The position numbers were made by a program, and so were the translations under genes. The notes below the pieces were generated by a model. It saw only the letters and a list, made by a program, of their open reading frames with translations, ran no database searches and had not been told where the DNA came from. A DNA stretch of 64,000 nt from Auanema rhodensis (taxonomy: Eukaryota > Animalia > Nematoda), in the NCBI GenBank assembly GCA_964057225.1, contig OZ059899.1, positions 11,594,001 through 11,658,000 on the forward strand, written 5' to 3'. Below, piece after piece: positions 14,565 through 27,327 of this stretch. Each line of letters opens with the position of its first letter. Positions within the stretch are counted from its first letter, which is position 1.

Positions 14565-14653
14565 ATTCTTTCGAACCCGTGCTCTTAAAGCATGACAAGA
14601 CTAGATTAAACTTTGATACGTAGGGGGGGGGGTCGTTAAAATTCCCACCACAA

Positions 14654-17524
14654 CTATTTGATGATTACTACAGGAGCGAAAACAAAATTGAAACAAAATC
14701 GGAAAGAATCGAAGATTTTGTGCCAAACTCCTGACCTCCTAAGCTTAGAATTTGTTATTCTGTGTTGACGGTTTTGATGTTTGTTAAACTTAAATAAATT
14801 ATTGTATATTTAGATGTATGTGTTATTTTCCTTCTAACCTGTTTACAGTTAAGACATTCGAGCTGAAGAAGCTTCAGTTTTGGGGGATAACGGAACACTG
14901 GATACTGATCGAAGAACCCGACAAACCTTACAACATCACCTGAATTATGAAAAAAAAAACATTCAAAATCATAATTAAAAAATACCTTCGTCAACTAATT
15001 TCAACTGCTCATAGAAGACATGGCTTGCGATAAGTACAACTTGTCCTTTACTACTAGAAAATGATCTTTCGCCATAAGGCCCTGAGACATCAATCTCAAA
15101 AGTGTAGACATTATGTTCAGTTAGAGAACACATGTTCGTTCTCAAATAAATATCATTAAAAATGTTGAGATCATATTTTCGAACCTAACTCCAGTAGACA
15201 CGAAAGATTCAGTTTGATTACTGTCATAGAAACATCTTAGTGTTTGACTAAGACTTTCAGGAAGATAGCCGAGTAATGATTCGAACGAGTTGTCTATATT
15301 AACAATGCGGACCGATTGTATAGTTCCTTTCCAGTTAATAGCTGTTCCTAAAATATCATTACTTGATTGTACTCATGTGTTTTCAAACTTTCGAACCTTT
15401 CAATTGACTACATTCAATTTGAAGTTTAATACTATTAGCTGAGAGAGTTGAGCAATGTTTATCATAATGAACCCTAGAAATGTGAGTGTCTATCAGAGAA
15501 TCTAAAGCTTAGTGATACCATGTCATGTTCGTAACATCAGCTGCTGGATCAAAATTCATCTGCCCTTCATACAAAATCGAAATCGTCATCAATAGTGAAG
15601 TTAAGTAAATGAGAGCTAAAGCCCATTTTCTAATTTGTGAGTCATTGCTACCTAAAAACTTCAGTATATGAGAGCTAAAGATGTTTGAATACATTACCAA
15701 CAAGCTTAGCAAAACTAGGTATACATTTCCATAACTTGGAAATTAAGAATGGAGAGAACAACAAAGCTATTGTGAAAAGAGCTTTCAGAATGAAAACCTG
15801 ATATCGGATATTTATTGAAATTGTTATCAGAAATCAACTCACGAAATCTAGAGCTCGCGCAACTTTGGTGACCATCAAAGCAAGAGCTACAGATCCTGCA
15901 GCTACCGTATAAGAAGGGAAGAAAAACAAGAAAATTGAGCCGCAAACAAGGAAAATGTCCATTACCTAATAGAAATTAAACTTTGAAATGTTTAAACAGT
16001 ATAGAAATACCCCGAAAGCTTGCCATCCAATAAGAAATACTGTCATAGCCACATCGGACCAACTTATGCAAACAATATGCGGGATAATCAGTTGTAAAGC
16101 ATCTTTGAAAGTTCCTTTCCTGATAACCATGATAGCATACAAAATTGGTATAGATATTAGACAGAATGAAGGAATTCCAAAAGTAATGTTGAAATAACCT
16201 AAATAACGCTTTTCTTATAAGAACATCCTAATATTATAACTTACTAAGACGTATTTGAAAGAAAGGTTTCAAAATGCGCCAGGATCCTATTGTATAATGC
16301 ATTCTTGAGAAAATAATCGGCAAACTTAAGGATTAAAATAATAAAAATAAAAAAATAAAGTGATTACCATGATAGCAGATTAGCAAACAAGGCACAGAGG
16401 GCATATTTATCAGTTGTGTCAGTTAAACTTGTAAACGTTATAACAGCAAACAAAGTAGAAATTAGGAAAACAATGCTACAGTAAGGTAAGTACTTTTCCG
16501 CAGCTCCGACTAAAAATAAAAGAAATATACTCAAACTTACATATTATCTCATACTTGATAATAAAAATAAGAAGAGAGCAATAAAAAAGTTCAAATACGG
16601 TTCCCAATTTTTCTCAGTTTTGAACAGAAGATCAAGACTATTTTCAGCTCCTTCTTCGTCCGCTATATCTATAAGTCCTTTAATAGCGTTTCGAAGACGC
16701 TCCTTCGTTGACACGTTTCTAAAAAATAATTGAATACTGAAAGAAAAATAAAATGTTTACCGTTTATTATGAAACATTTTCAAAGTGAAGTAAATCATCG
16801 CAAGGAAGGATATAAAAGCTGTAACCACAGGGACAGCTTGAAGCAGATTTGAAATACTATTTTTTTAAATGTTAGAGATTTAATTTGATTACGATTACCT
16901 GATAAATTGAACGAAGCAAATGAGGATAAGAGTTTGAACTTGATGAAATGGGAAAACAGCATAGAGAAGTGACATCCATTGCTCATTAATTTTTTTCAAT
17001 GCAAACTCGATAAAAGCATCAATTCGAGACTATTAAGATGAAGTAAATAAATAAAATCTCTAATCATTAATACCATTGGTTCAGAAATGTTGCTTTGCAA
17101 GTTTTTAATAAATTCTTCCTCACCATCCTAGAATTTTTGTTTTAGGTACGAAGCGCACAACTATGTACCTCTTCAGTTGAATCAGCTCCAATGTTATCAG
17201 TTGCATCGTGAGCGTCAAAAATCTTTTGAATAAGATCTGAATTAACTTTTTTTCATGATCATATTCAGGATAATACCTTCTGAATGCAAGGTCTGATCAT
17301 TAGCATCGTCAAAAACACGTTGAATTGTGTCTTTACGAACAACAGGATTAGCAAATGCCCTGTACATTTTTCGAGCTCCACGAATAAACTTTTCTATAGC
17401 AAACCAAATTTATAAATTAAAAATTTGTTTTATTACCATTTTCATTGTCTCGAAATTTTGAATGTACCGGAGCAAAGGATTCTTCTCGCGAAGAATCAGA
17501 CCCACGACGGGGTCTCAAATTCAT
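14654..17524 (-). CDS. WFS1: Wolframin (WFS1) homologue, ER multi-pass membrane protein
   Basis: Spliced translation matches wolframin motifs recalled from the human protein: [39 protein letters not shown] (cf. [38 protein letters not shown]), [29 protein letters not shown] and C-terminal [16 protein letters not shown] (cf. VKFAFDFFFFPFL). A multi-TM core lies in between. Confidence 0.88.
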
Positions 17525-17683
17525 AGCTAAACACAAGTGTTCGGAGCAAGTTAAAAAGTTTAGAACTAAGATACAAACTATGGAAAAACATTGAATAAGA
17601 AAGAAAATTGAAGAAAATAAAGTCAATTTTTAATTCCAAACGATAAAAACCGTTATGATGTAATCAATGCATTAAAAATAGTA
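17525..17683 (-). other. Operon-type intercistronic region, CFDP1 to wolframin
   Basis: 159 bp from stop to next ATG, containing AATTAAA, a U-rich tract (ctttattttcttcaattttctttcttattc) and the acceptor tgtttag 2 nt before the ATG. Confidence 0.65.
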
Positions 17684-18834
17684 TCAAGTCTTCTTGGTAG
17701 AATTTCGCAATGCTTTCTCATTTTCGAACTCTCTGTAATCAGTTCGAGTTAAGAAGTCAACTTTACTCAGATATCCGTCCTTTCCTCTGTTATGAGTGGC
17801 TAACTCCTCCTGAACAAACAACAAAATTAAAAAAAACATTTCTATCAATCTCACATGTATCTTATGCTCATCTTTATATGCATTCCAATCGTGATTTGAC
17901 TTATCTAAAACTGATATTTTCGGTTTTTTCTTCAACATTGTCAGAGCACCAGCTAAGCCTGCCCGTCTAAACAATAATCCAAGTTAAGTAGAATAAAACA
18001 GCTATAAAACTATACTTTTGAGGCTTTTTAGCTTCAGCTTCGTTCAATTTTTTTACTTTTTCTTCATGAACTTGTAATTCTTCACTGGTAATTTCTCTTT
18101 CAATACTTGAAAAATATAAAAATCAATGAAATTGAATGCAACAAAAAACTTACGTAATTTCTTCACCAGCAAAATCAAAAACTTCAGTAATTTTAGACTT
18201 TTCTACTGTTTTAGTTTCAGAAAAGGAGGTTGATGGTACAGAGGCAGGATCACTTAAATTATGAAATAAATCTTTAATTTTAACCGAAACCTATAGAACC
18301 TACCATGGTGTTTTCACAGTAGTAGTAGTAGTAGTAGTAATGCTCGCATTTTTTGTTTCTTCAGTTTGAGTTTTACTAGGAGCTAATAATGGATCTTCAT
18401 CATCAAGCATATCCAAAATAGCAGATGCATCAATTTTAACTGTTGATTCTGGTTTACTAAATATACAGTAATATGCTTTACTAACAATAATATCAAACCT
18501 TTTCTCCTTTTTAGAATCATTTTGTTTTTTTGGTTTCCTTCTAGACCCAGTAATAATCGTACCATCCTGTTCACTTACTTCGTCAACATAAAATATAACC
18601 ATTATCAAATATACTAAATAGGTTCAGAAAGAATAATAATTAGTAAGGGAAGCTAACCAAATGCGGCGATACGAATCGCGAAGCAATCAGCCCAAGATTT
18701 CGTGCAATTATAGAATGAAAATTGAGAGCACTGACCTCATCCCCAGACTGTTCGTCTTCGATATCTTCTACACCAACTTCTGGTTCATAATCTTCATCAT
18801 CCGACGAACGATAATCATCATTATCATCAGGCAT
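17684..18834 (-). CDS. CFDP1: Craniofacial development protein 1 / BCNT / Swc5 homologue (SWR1/SRCAP subunit)
   Basis: Acidic start MPDDNDDYRSSDDEDYEP, a KITEVFDFAGE motif, and the BCNT C-terminal domain KPKISVLDKSNHDWNAYK...EELATHNRGKDGYLSKVDFLTRTDYREFENEKALR. Confidence 0.93.
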
Positions 18835-19144
18835 GATTATGTTCTAAATTACGCAAACTATACAAACATATCAATTTATATTTTTAAATTAGGCTCCTAA
18901 GCTTTGTTAAGATTCGATATAGCTTATAAGATTAAATATATTCATTTTATGCAAAATCTTAGTAATAGTTTGAAGTTTTCTTTTTGACTAAATATACGCC
19001 AATGAAAACCCCCTTTTTGCCTCAAAGGCGCAATTTGAGATGATAGAGTGCAGAGGCAGCAGAGACCAGATGGGCGTATTCAGAGACGAAGAGGAATCAG
19101 CTGGTTGGAAAGGCCTCAGTCTTGTCTATATTGCCGCTTATACG
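18835..19144. promoter_or_regulatory. Putative bidirectional promoter, CFDP1 / mfb-1
   Basis: Head-to-head start codons 310 bp apart, with a GC-richer patch (ggcgcaatttg, gcagaggcagcagagac). Confidence 0.5.
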
Positions 19145-22100
19145 ATGCCTTTCATGGGTAAAGATTGGAGAGCACCTGGAGAAACTTGGGTGCGAACTCC
19201 TTATACTAATGGTTGGGAACGGTCAAAGCTAAGACCTATACAGGTTGGTTTGATTTTGCTCTCCTCGCTTCTTTCATATTCTCATTTGTTCTCAATATGC
19301 ATACGCTCATGGTCACATGAGGCATTAGGTTGCAATATTAGGACAACAGTTACATGAACATGCACACTTGTTAGTAAAGTTTTCCTACTCCTCTTTGACA
19401 TTTTCTTCAAACTTTAGCTCATTATATAGCAGTTCTATGCCTTTAAAGTATGTATCGGACATAAGATTCCACGATCGATTTCGCAGATGCTGGTTCAAAA
19501 ATGCGTGGAAGTTAGGAATATGTCAACTTATATCTGAGAAATGAATAAAACTTTATCTACTTCTTGTTTCTTGAAATATTTCTTTCTTTCGGATTTCTCG
19601 CATTTAAGAATAATAAAATTCAAACTGTTTTTCGACAATTTGACAAGACGTTAGATCCAACTATTTTTTTATTCAATTTTTTCTAAAGTGGTTGTTTTTG
19701 CGACAATAGCGTGTGCATATATTAGAATTCCTTCAACTGTTTCGTTGTTGTTTGTTATTTCTAACTCATTCAATTGCTATAAATGATAGAAAGAGGAACA
19801 AGGAGATGTAGTCAAAATATGTTGTGGTTCTAGTATTGCGCTTTCAGCTTTGCTCGGAAGCAATTCCAATACCCGATAGCTTCGACATAGATGGGATATG
19901 TCACACTCAATCTTCAACTTCTCTGCTTAGTTTGGATAGTGGCCGAAGTAGTTCCATTTCCGATGAATCAGGTATATTTTTTGATCTGTTAAATAGCTTA
20001 TCTAGAAGTTGACCATTGCTTGGTGCTTGTTTGTCTAGTTGTCTTAGACTTTTGATGATAAGTACCTGTTTTCGACTGTTCTTCCTTCTTCCAATATTTA
20101 CTATTTACGTTCTTTATTTTTTTCCTTTTTATATTATAGGGAGATTATTCTTTCCTTTATTCTGATATTCCTTTTGCTCATTTCCACATAGCACAAGTCT
20201 TGAAGTTCGTTATTAAAACTTTTGAGAAGCTTGTGCTATTGGTCACGGGATTGCTCCCGTTGTTCTTCTATAATGACAGACGATACAGTCGAAAAATCAC
20301 ATTATTTAACAGGTGACAAGATGACCTTCTCGAGTCTTATCCCATGTCTCTGTGTCCTCTGCACATCGAGCAATTGGTCATAAGGAAGTCACACATACAC
20401 ACTTTCGGAGGGACATTGGGGCCTATAGGGATGAAAGTCTTCTCTGGTAGAAGACAGCTGGTTAAGCTTCAGATGTAAAGTACTTTCGCACGTAGTCCTC
20501 AAGGAAGTGACAATAACGTGATGATCTCACATATTTTGAAAGTCATTTGAGTTCAAATATATATTTTTACAATATGATTTCAAACAGAAGTATGTATATT
20601 GCTCATGAATAGTTCTTATAAAAACATTTATCAAACAATCTTCACTTTGATGATGAGAATGATCTTTTGATATGTCCAGTCTTCAAATTCTTTCGAATAA
20701 AGTCAGCTGATTGAAGGATCACGTTGATATGGGATTTCCCGAGGATTCGTGAATCAACTGAGTCTATTAGACAGGACCTGAAGCAAAAACAATTTAAAGT
20801 GTTTTGATCTATGAAATGACTGGAAACTATTGTTTTTCTTTTCAACACAAAATAGCAGAAAATCATCCATATGTTAGATTCAACGTGAGGTGAACTATTT
20901 TGACATATCCGACTTAATCAAATTCTTTCTGCTTCAGTACCTAATTGAATATAATTAGGTCCCAACATCATTAAGTATCTTCTGAAACATCCTTTCTATA
21001 ACCAGGATTAACAACAAATTCAGAAAAAAAAATCCTTTTTATTGTGTTTCTCAATCTTCTGTGTGTTGTATATCACTTTAGAAAGTGATCAAGAGCTCTG
21101 AACAAACAGATGCAAACTATATGGATTTAGGGGGATTGAGAGAAGAAAACAATACATTATTGAGGAATCCTGTAACTCGTATTGTCATGTGCTTCAGCTA
21201 ACCTCATTAACCATAAAAATTCTAAGAGCGCTTTATGCTTATGCCTCAATTTATATTTGATATCCTGTTTATTAGGGTGAGAACAATTTGCCGGGAGCAG
21301 CTTGACCGTTATGGCAGCATATTGATCGCCGTTGCTAGCCTCAACCTAAATGTCTTCCTATTCACCGTTTCCTTTCCCTCTCTCTTTATCTCTCTCTTTC
21401 TCTCTCTTTTCTCTTTTCTCTTACTAGTTATTGCGTCTTTGTTTCTCTCATATACTCATGCGGTTCTTAATTCGAGATATATAAGCTGTGCCTATGAAAT
21501 ATTCAGTGATTAGTGTGCTCCGTCTCACACCCCCTCCTCCCACAAATTTCCTCCAATACCTGCTATCCATAGATAATTATATGGATATTTATAGAGATAA
21601 TTATATATTTATACATACATATATATATTGATATAAACAATAGACAAAATCAAATATTAACTTATTAATTAAAAATTCAAATTTAGTGTCGGATAATGAT
21701 GAAACATGGATTCCACACTGCTTTGTCAAAAGTAAAACTAAAGAGGTACATAACTTGATATAGAGATATTTACACCTTTAAACATCTAGTTCTTCTAAAA
21801 TAAACATTTAGTTTGTTGGATGCACAAGTATGAGTGAGGCTTTTCACCGGCTAGATCTAGCACGTGCTGTGACTGACGTGCGTCGTTTCAACTATATCTG
21901 TAAGGTAGGCATTTCGGGAAGATATTTAATGAAAAATTCTCTGTGAATGGTTTTCAGGTTGTGCAAATACTTGTGGAAGAAAAGCTGAGCGTATTGTCAG
22001 CTACAGCACGGAAATCGCTTTTAAGCATTCTCACAGCTATTGTGTTGCGTTCCATCAATGAAGATGTTCATATCAAAACCGCTCGTGAGCTTGTGCAGCA

Positions 22101-22768
22101 AGTACATATACACATTTACCAGAACATGAACATAACAAGCATATTTGTAGTTTTCTGCTTCACTCGAGGGTCACGTGTGTGGTTCTCCTCAGCTTATATC
22201 TCGACATCAGCTAGCTGCTGGAAATCTTCTAGATATTGTATCTGATCGTCTTCCACGAACTGCTGCCGATGCAGAGGAAAATTCCACCACATTCTTGGAT
22301 CTTCCTCGTGAAGTTCGTTAATCTGCAAAGATTCTGCTACTATAGCATTGTTTTAGATAATTTCTCTGATTGTTCGCCGATTGCCTGATCACCAGTCACT
22401 CCTTGAACTGGCTAAAGCCCACGAAGCTTTACAAGCTATGATAGATAATGAGAGCAGAATATGGAAAACACTCTGTGAATTTCATTTTCAAGTAAGAATA
22501 CAACAAAATGCTTTTCTATTTGAATTTCATATTTTAGCCCTACCAAATAAATCAAAAATGGGACTCCGTGAGGTCTTCTCGAGAGAACTTCTTCATTTTG
22601 AAGAAATATTTCGGAGTTCGAGAGACATATGCAGACGTAATTCACATTTGTTGTCACTGTAAAGCTTTATACTGGAAAACATTGGGACACCCGTGTGTTC
22701 GAGATGAAGAAGCTCCCTCAGTTCGAGTAACTCCCAGACAGTTTGTCGATATGTTGATCTATCTATAA
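19145..22768 (+). CDS. mfb-1: F-box protein of the atrogin-1/MAFbx (FBXO32/FBXO25) family
   Basis: Diagnostic start MPFMGKDWRAPGETWVRT, then SMSEAFHRLDLARAVTDVRRFNYICKVVQILVEEKL, F-box TFLDLPRE..SLIVRRLPDH, and C-terminal CCHCKALYWKTLGHPC...VTPRQFVDML. About 8 introns. Confidence 0.93.
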
Positions 22769-23896
22769 TTAGTTTTTTCAATTTCCTCTCCACAAAATTC
22801 CACCTTTTAGCTCTCAATCTAGTTCAAGTGTTTTCAACTTTTATAATCTTGTTTTAGCTATCCTTTTATTAGAAACAGAAAAATAACACACAAGAAATTG
22901 TATATAATACTGTACAAAGTTGTATTATAAGATTTTATCTATTTTTTCATTGATTTCTAGACTATTTTGCCAGACTTTTTCATCTAGACAATTTCGCAGT
23001 AATTAATTCTGTGATTAGCATTCATGCTTTTTGTGATCTTAGCCTCATGCCATTGTCACTGATTTGCCATCAAACTGGTATAGCATTGTTCATTCTTTTC
23101 TTTAGAACTCCATTAATATTACCTTACATCGAATACGGGTACTGTCCCGATGACTTCATTTTGTTGTTTTTTTTTGCAAAAAAAAAAGAAAAAAAAACTG
23201 TGAGATGAGATTGAATGCGTTTTAAGTCAGATTGTTAAACTCAAGGAGTATTAGTTTGAAAAGATGAGATTTTTCTATTCTTCATATTTTTGTTAAATAA
23301 AAATTTTTCTTTTTCTTTTTTCTTTTTTAATTATTTGTAAATTAATTATTCGTATTATAGGGTTATCATGGATATAATGTAACCTGCTTTTCCAATAAAA
23401 CCCTCACCCTGTTGTATTCTCTATCTTTTCCCCTTCGTTCTCTCGTTTTTTCGCTCTCTATCCCCCCTTTTCCCCATTCATTGCCACCCCCTCAAGGCAC
23501 TGTCTTCTAGATGCAATCTCTTTAAACATGAAAGGAAAGACCTGTTTAAAGATAACAGGTCTCAGTTAAACTATAGGAAGAAGTGAGACATTCTTACATA
23601 ATTAAGAATATTAATAGAAAATAACATGAGAAGTGTTCTAAACTTTGAAAAAAGAAAAAAATTATAAGTTTAATATGATAACTTCCTAAATTTCAAATAT
23701 AGTTAAGAGAGTTAAGAGTGTTAACTACATAGTTTATATATATATAATTCATGATTTATAATTAATATTTATATGTCGTAAATATAGAATCATTATAGAA
23801 GTTAAATATATTCAGAAAAAAACTAACGGGAAAGGATGAGCAAGAGAGAAAGAAAGAGAGGAACAGAAAGTGAGATGTATACTGAGAAGTAATATA

Positions 23897-26090
23897 TCAA
23901 ATAAACAAATAACATATAATACATACTATTACAACTATAACAAGCATTGAAATATCTGTTGATGAGCTATCAACTACTGAAGTATGATATGGATTACCAG
24001 GATGATATCCTCGGTAAACTCTGTCATGTAAATTCATCACAGCTTCTCGTGCTCCTTCCCACTTGTGTGGACCTTTTAGTCTATAAACGTATGGAGAACA
24101 GGGACCAAATGTTGTTTCATATGCTAGCATTGGATCCGAAAATATGTAATCAGTTAAACTAGGTCTACAACCTAAAAAGGTTGCTAGTTCATCCATGAAT
24201 TCTACGTAATTCACCTGAAAATGTGTGGTTACAAGATGAAAGGCATTAAGAGATTACTTGAATTGTATGTCGTTTACTACCATAGAAAGTTTCCATCATT
24301 TCAATTCTCTTCAATAAAGCATCCGACTTCATGCCATCGTTAGATGGTAATTCAGCTTCACCAGCTAATTGAGCAAAAAACACTCGTGCTTGCATCTCGG
24401 CAATTGGCCATACACAACCAGACGGCTGAACATATATGATAAATTTTAATGAGCAAAAAAGGCTTAGTAAGTTCTAACTTGAATGCATCCTAAAACAGCT
24501 AAAGTATTCTTTTCTAAGTCTAGGGGAAACATATACTTATACAAGTCTACATGATTATTTGAAACCTGAAAGTATATAGTTTAATCTGGTTCTTTCCATA
24601 AGTTTCGGACTTTGATTAAGCTTCCATTTTCTATTAATTGAAAACGAATATCATAACCAGTACATAGAATGACACTATCTACATTAGAAACTATAGTTCC
24701 ATCTTCAAAAACCATTCCATTTTCAGTAAATCGTCGAATGTTTGGCTTTATGATAACGCTGCCACTGATTAGACGAGCAGGAAGATCATCATTTGTGGTT
24801 AAATGTGCTCTATAAAATTAATTTTATGAATTCGTTAATACATAAAGAATTCTATAAATTTTATTATTTCCCTCAATTAAGCAGAATAAATCATCACTAA
24901 CCCAAACACGTTATGAGATGGCTTTAAACCATATGCTTGATGATCTAACCGCAAGTTTAATTTTCGTTCATAATAACGAGACTTGATAATATCTGGTATA
25001 TAAGGTAATAAGCCATATCGTAAGAAACGAGAATTCTGTAATAATGCTTATGTATTTTCCAACCTTTTTGCAACTTTACCATAGCAATATCGCTTGGAAC
25101 ACCATAATCATATGTACGACCAGCAATCCATGTTCCACGTCTGGTAGATAAGATTATCTGAAAGAAAGAAAAATAAAATTTTATCGTCTTTATTGAAAAA
25201 TTACATTTTGTGAAACTCTACTAAGTTCTGATGCTATGTCAACTCCAGAATTACCAACTCCAACAACAACAACGCTTTTGTCTTCATAGCCTACAAAGAT
25301 TTTCTTTCATTCAAAAACATATTTAACTTAGAATATTTAGACCTTTAAAATGTTTATAAGCTTGAGCATGAATTATCTTTCCCTTAAAGTTGTCTTGTCC
25401 AGGCCAAGTAGCTGAGGTATTTGGATGTTGGTGATGTCCAATAGCTAGTAAAACACCATCAAATTCTTCTGTTTTCCTTGTTTTTTCACTTTAATAATTA
25501 TTTTTTTATTTAAAAAAGGAAAACAAAAAAAAATGAAAACCTATCAAGGAATTCCACAACCCATTTACCAGTTTTGGCGAATGTTTCACTACGAACAATA
25601 TTGACAACAGAATGTTTCAATCGAATATGTCTTTCCAAATCAAATTGTTCAGCATAATCTCGGAAATACTGAAGATTTCTTTAGTAAAATCATCATATTT
25701 TCATAAACATTGAACGTACTTGAAGTAATTGAGAGTGATGCATGAAATTAGGCTTATCACTATCAGGTGGAAAATCGCTAAAAGCTGACATTTCCTTCGA
25801 AGAGTTCATAACTGTTGAATACATAACAGATGTTTCTGCAATTTCATTTCTTCATTTACCCGTTTTCAAGAAAAATCTGACCAGAACTTTCTTCAGGAAC
25901 ATAATTCCAAACTCCTCCAAGTTTATCATTACTTTCAAAGCAAACAGGTTGAAATCCATATTGGATAGCATGTCTGAAGTTAAATAACGCCTACTCCTCG
26001 AGCATATGATTCGGATTACCTTATCGCCGCTAGACCACTAGGACCAGCACCAACAATTGCAACCGTTTTTGGAACATGTGCATCTGTCAT
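23897..26090 (-). CDS. Flavin-containing monooxygenase (FMO family) with C-terminal membrane anchor
   Basis: FAD motif VAIVGAGPSGL, plus LGGVWNY, NSSKEMSAFSDFP, FKGKIIHAQAYK, NADPH motif VVVVGVGNSGVD, VILCTGY and FGPCSPYVYRLKGPHKWEGAR. Ends in a hydrophobic tail. Paralogue number not assignable. Confidence 0.95.
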
Positions 26091-26321
26091 GACTAAAAAC
26101 GTTTAAAAATCTTTTTTTTTGCTGTAAAGAAAGGAAATGGAAGAATGAAATGAAAATCAAAAAATTAAAGAACTTTTTTTATTTAAAAATAAAATACGGA
26201 CTAGATAAAAAATTATTATTTAAGATAAATTATAAAGAAACACACATATATATGTATATATGTATAGTATATATGTATAATCTAATCAAAAATAGGCTAC
26301 TAGAATAACAAATGATTGATT

Positions 26322-26323
<2 letters not shown>

Positions 26324-26387
<64 letters not shown>
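26324..26387. repeat. (AG)n microsatellite ending in a G-run
   Basis: Perfect AG run of about 55 nt followed by poly-G, upstream of the FMO ATG. Confidence 0.95.
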
Positions 26388-27327
26388 ACTCCTCAACTTA
26401 TTAAAGGTTATAAAGAATATAAATTGTAATTACCGACAAGTATAGATAGAGACGGTTGTATGTTTTACTTGAAACACTTTGATAATCATATCCGCCTCTC
26501 AATATTCTTAAAAGCTGATTCTTATCATGAATATTATCAGTTCAACGAACCATTTTATTAGACAGGAAATAAGATGTTCAAGTTTAATAATAATGAAGAA
26601 ATGATTGTTAAAGAAATCTTTTTTTATATTTGTAATTCATTCTTAAGATGCATTTTACTGAGATTTCCTTCAACAACATGTAACATATGTATCAATCGTC
26701 TTTAAGCTTATACTTTATGCTTTTGCAGCAACTTTGCTCTATATTTGCACATAACAAACATCATCTGAACATCTTTTGATTATATTATCTTTAATTTGAC
26801 AATCAAATGATAATTTTTATTATTAAGTGGTATGCTAATTATGCTAATTATAGTAATATTTAACATAAAAACAAAATAAATACATATTTATGTGTATAAT
26901 AACACATAAACAACATCATTGTCGTTGTTATATTTATTTGAATATACAAAAATATATAATTTATATTAAAAAAAAAAGAATATATATGAATGTATATTAT
27001 ACAAATTATTTTTTTTATATATTTAATAACAATTGAACAAGTATGATTTGTTTATTAAATAAATTAATTTGTGTGAGTAACTGCTCTCACAGATTTTCAA
27101 ATATTTAGCTGTAGCCTGAAGTCAGTGTAGTCAGTAGATCCAGATATTTAGTAGTTTATATACATTGGAGTCAGTTTTTTTTTCATATAATATCCAATCA
27201 AATTGATATGTTCTGATGTTCGTTTTATATTGATGATACTCTGGAAAAAGAGAAAAATAATAAGTAAAAAACAACAGATCGTATAAGCATTCATCAACTC
27301 ACATATTCAGAAGTTCTTTCTTCCATG

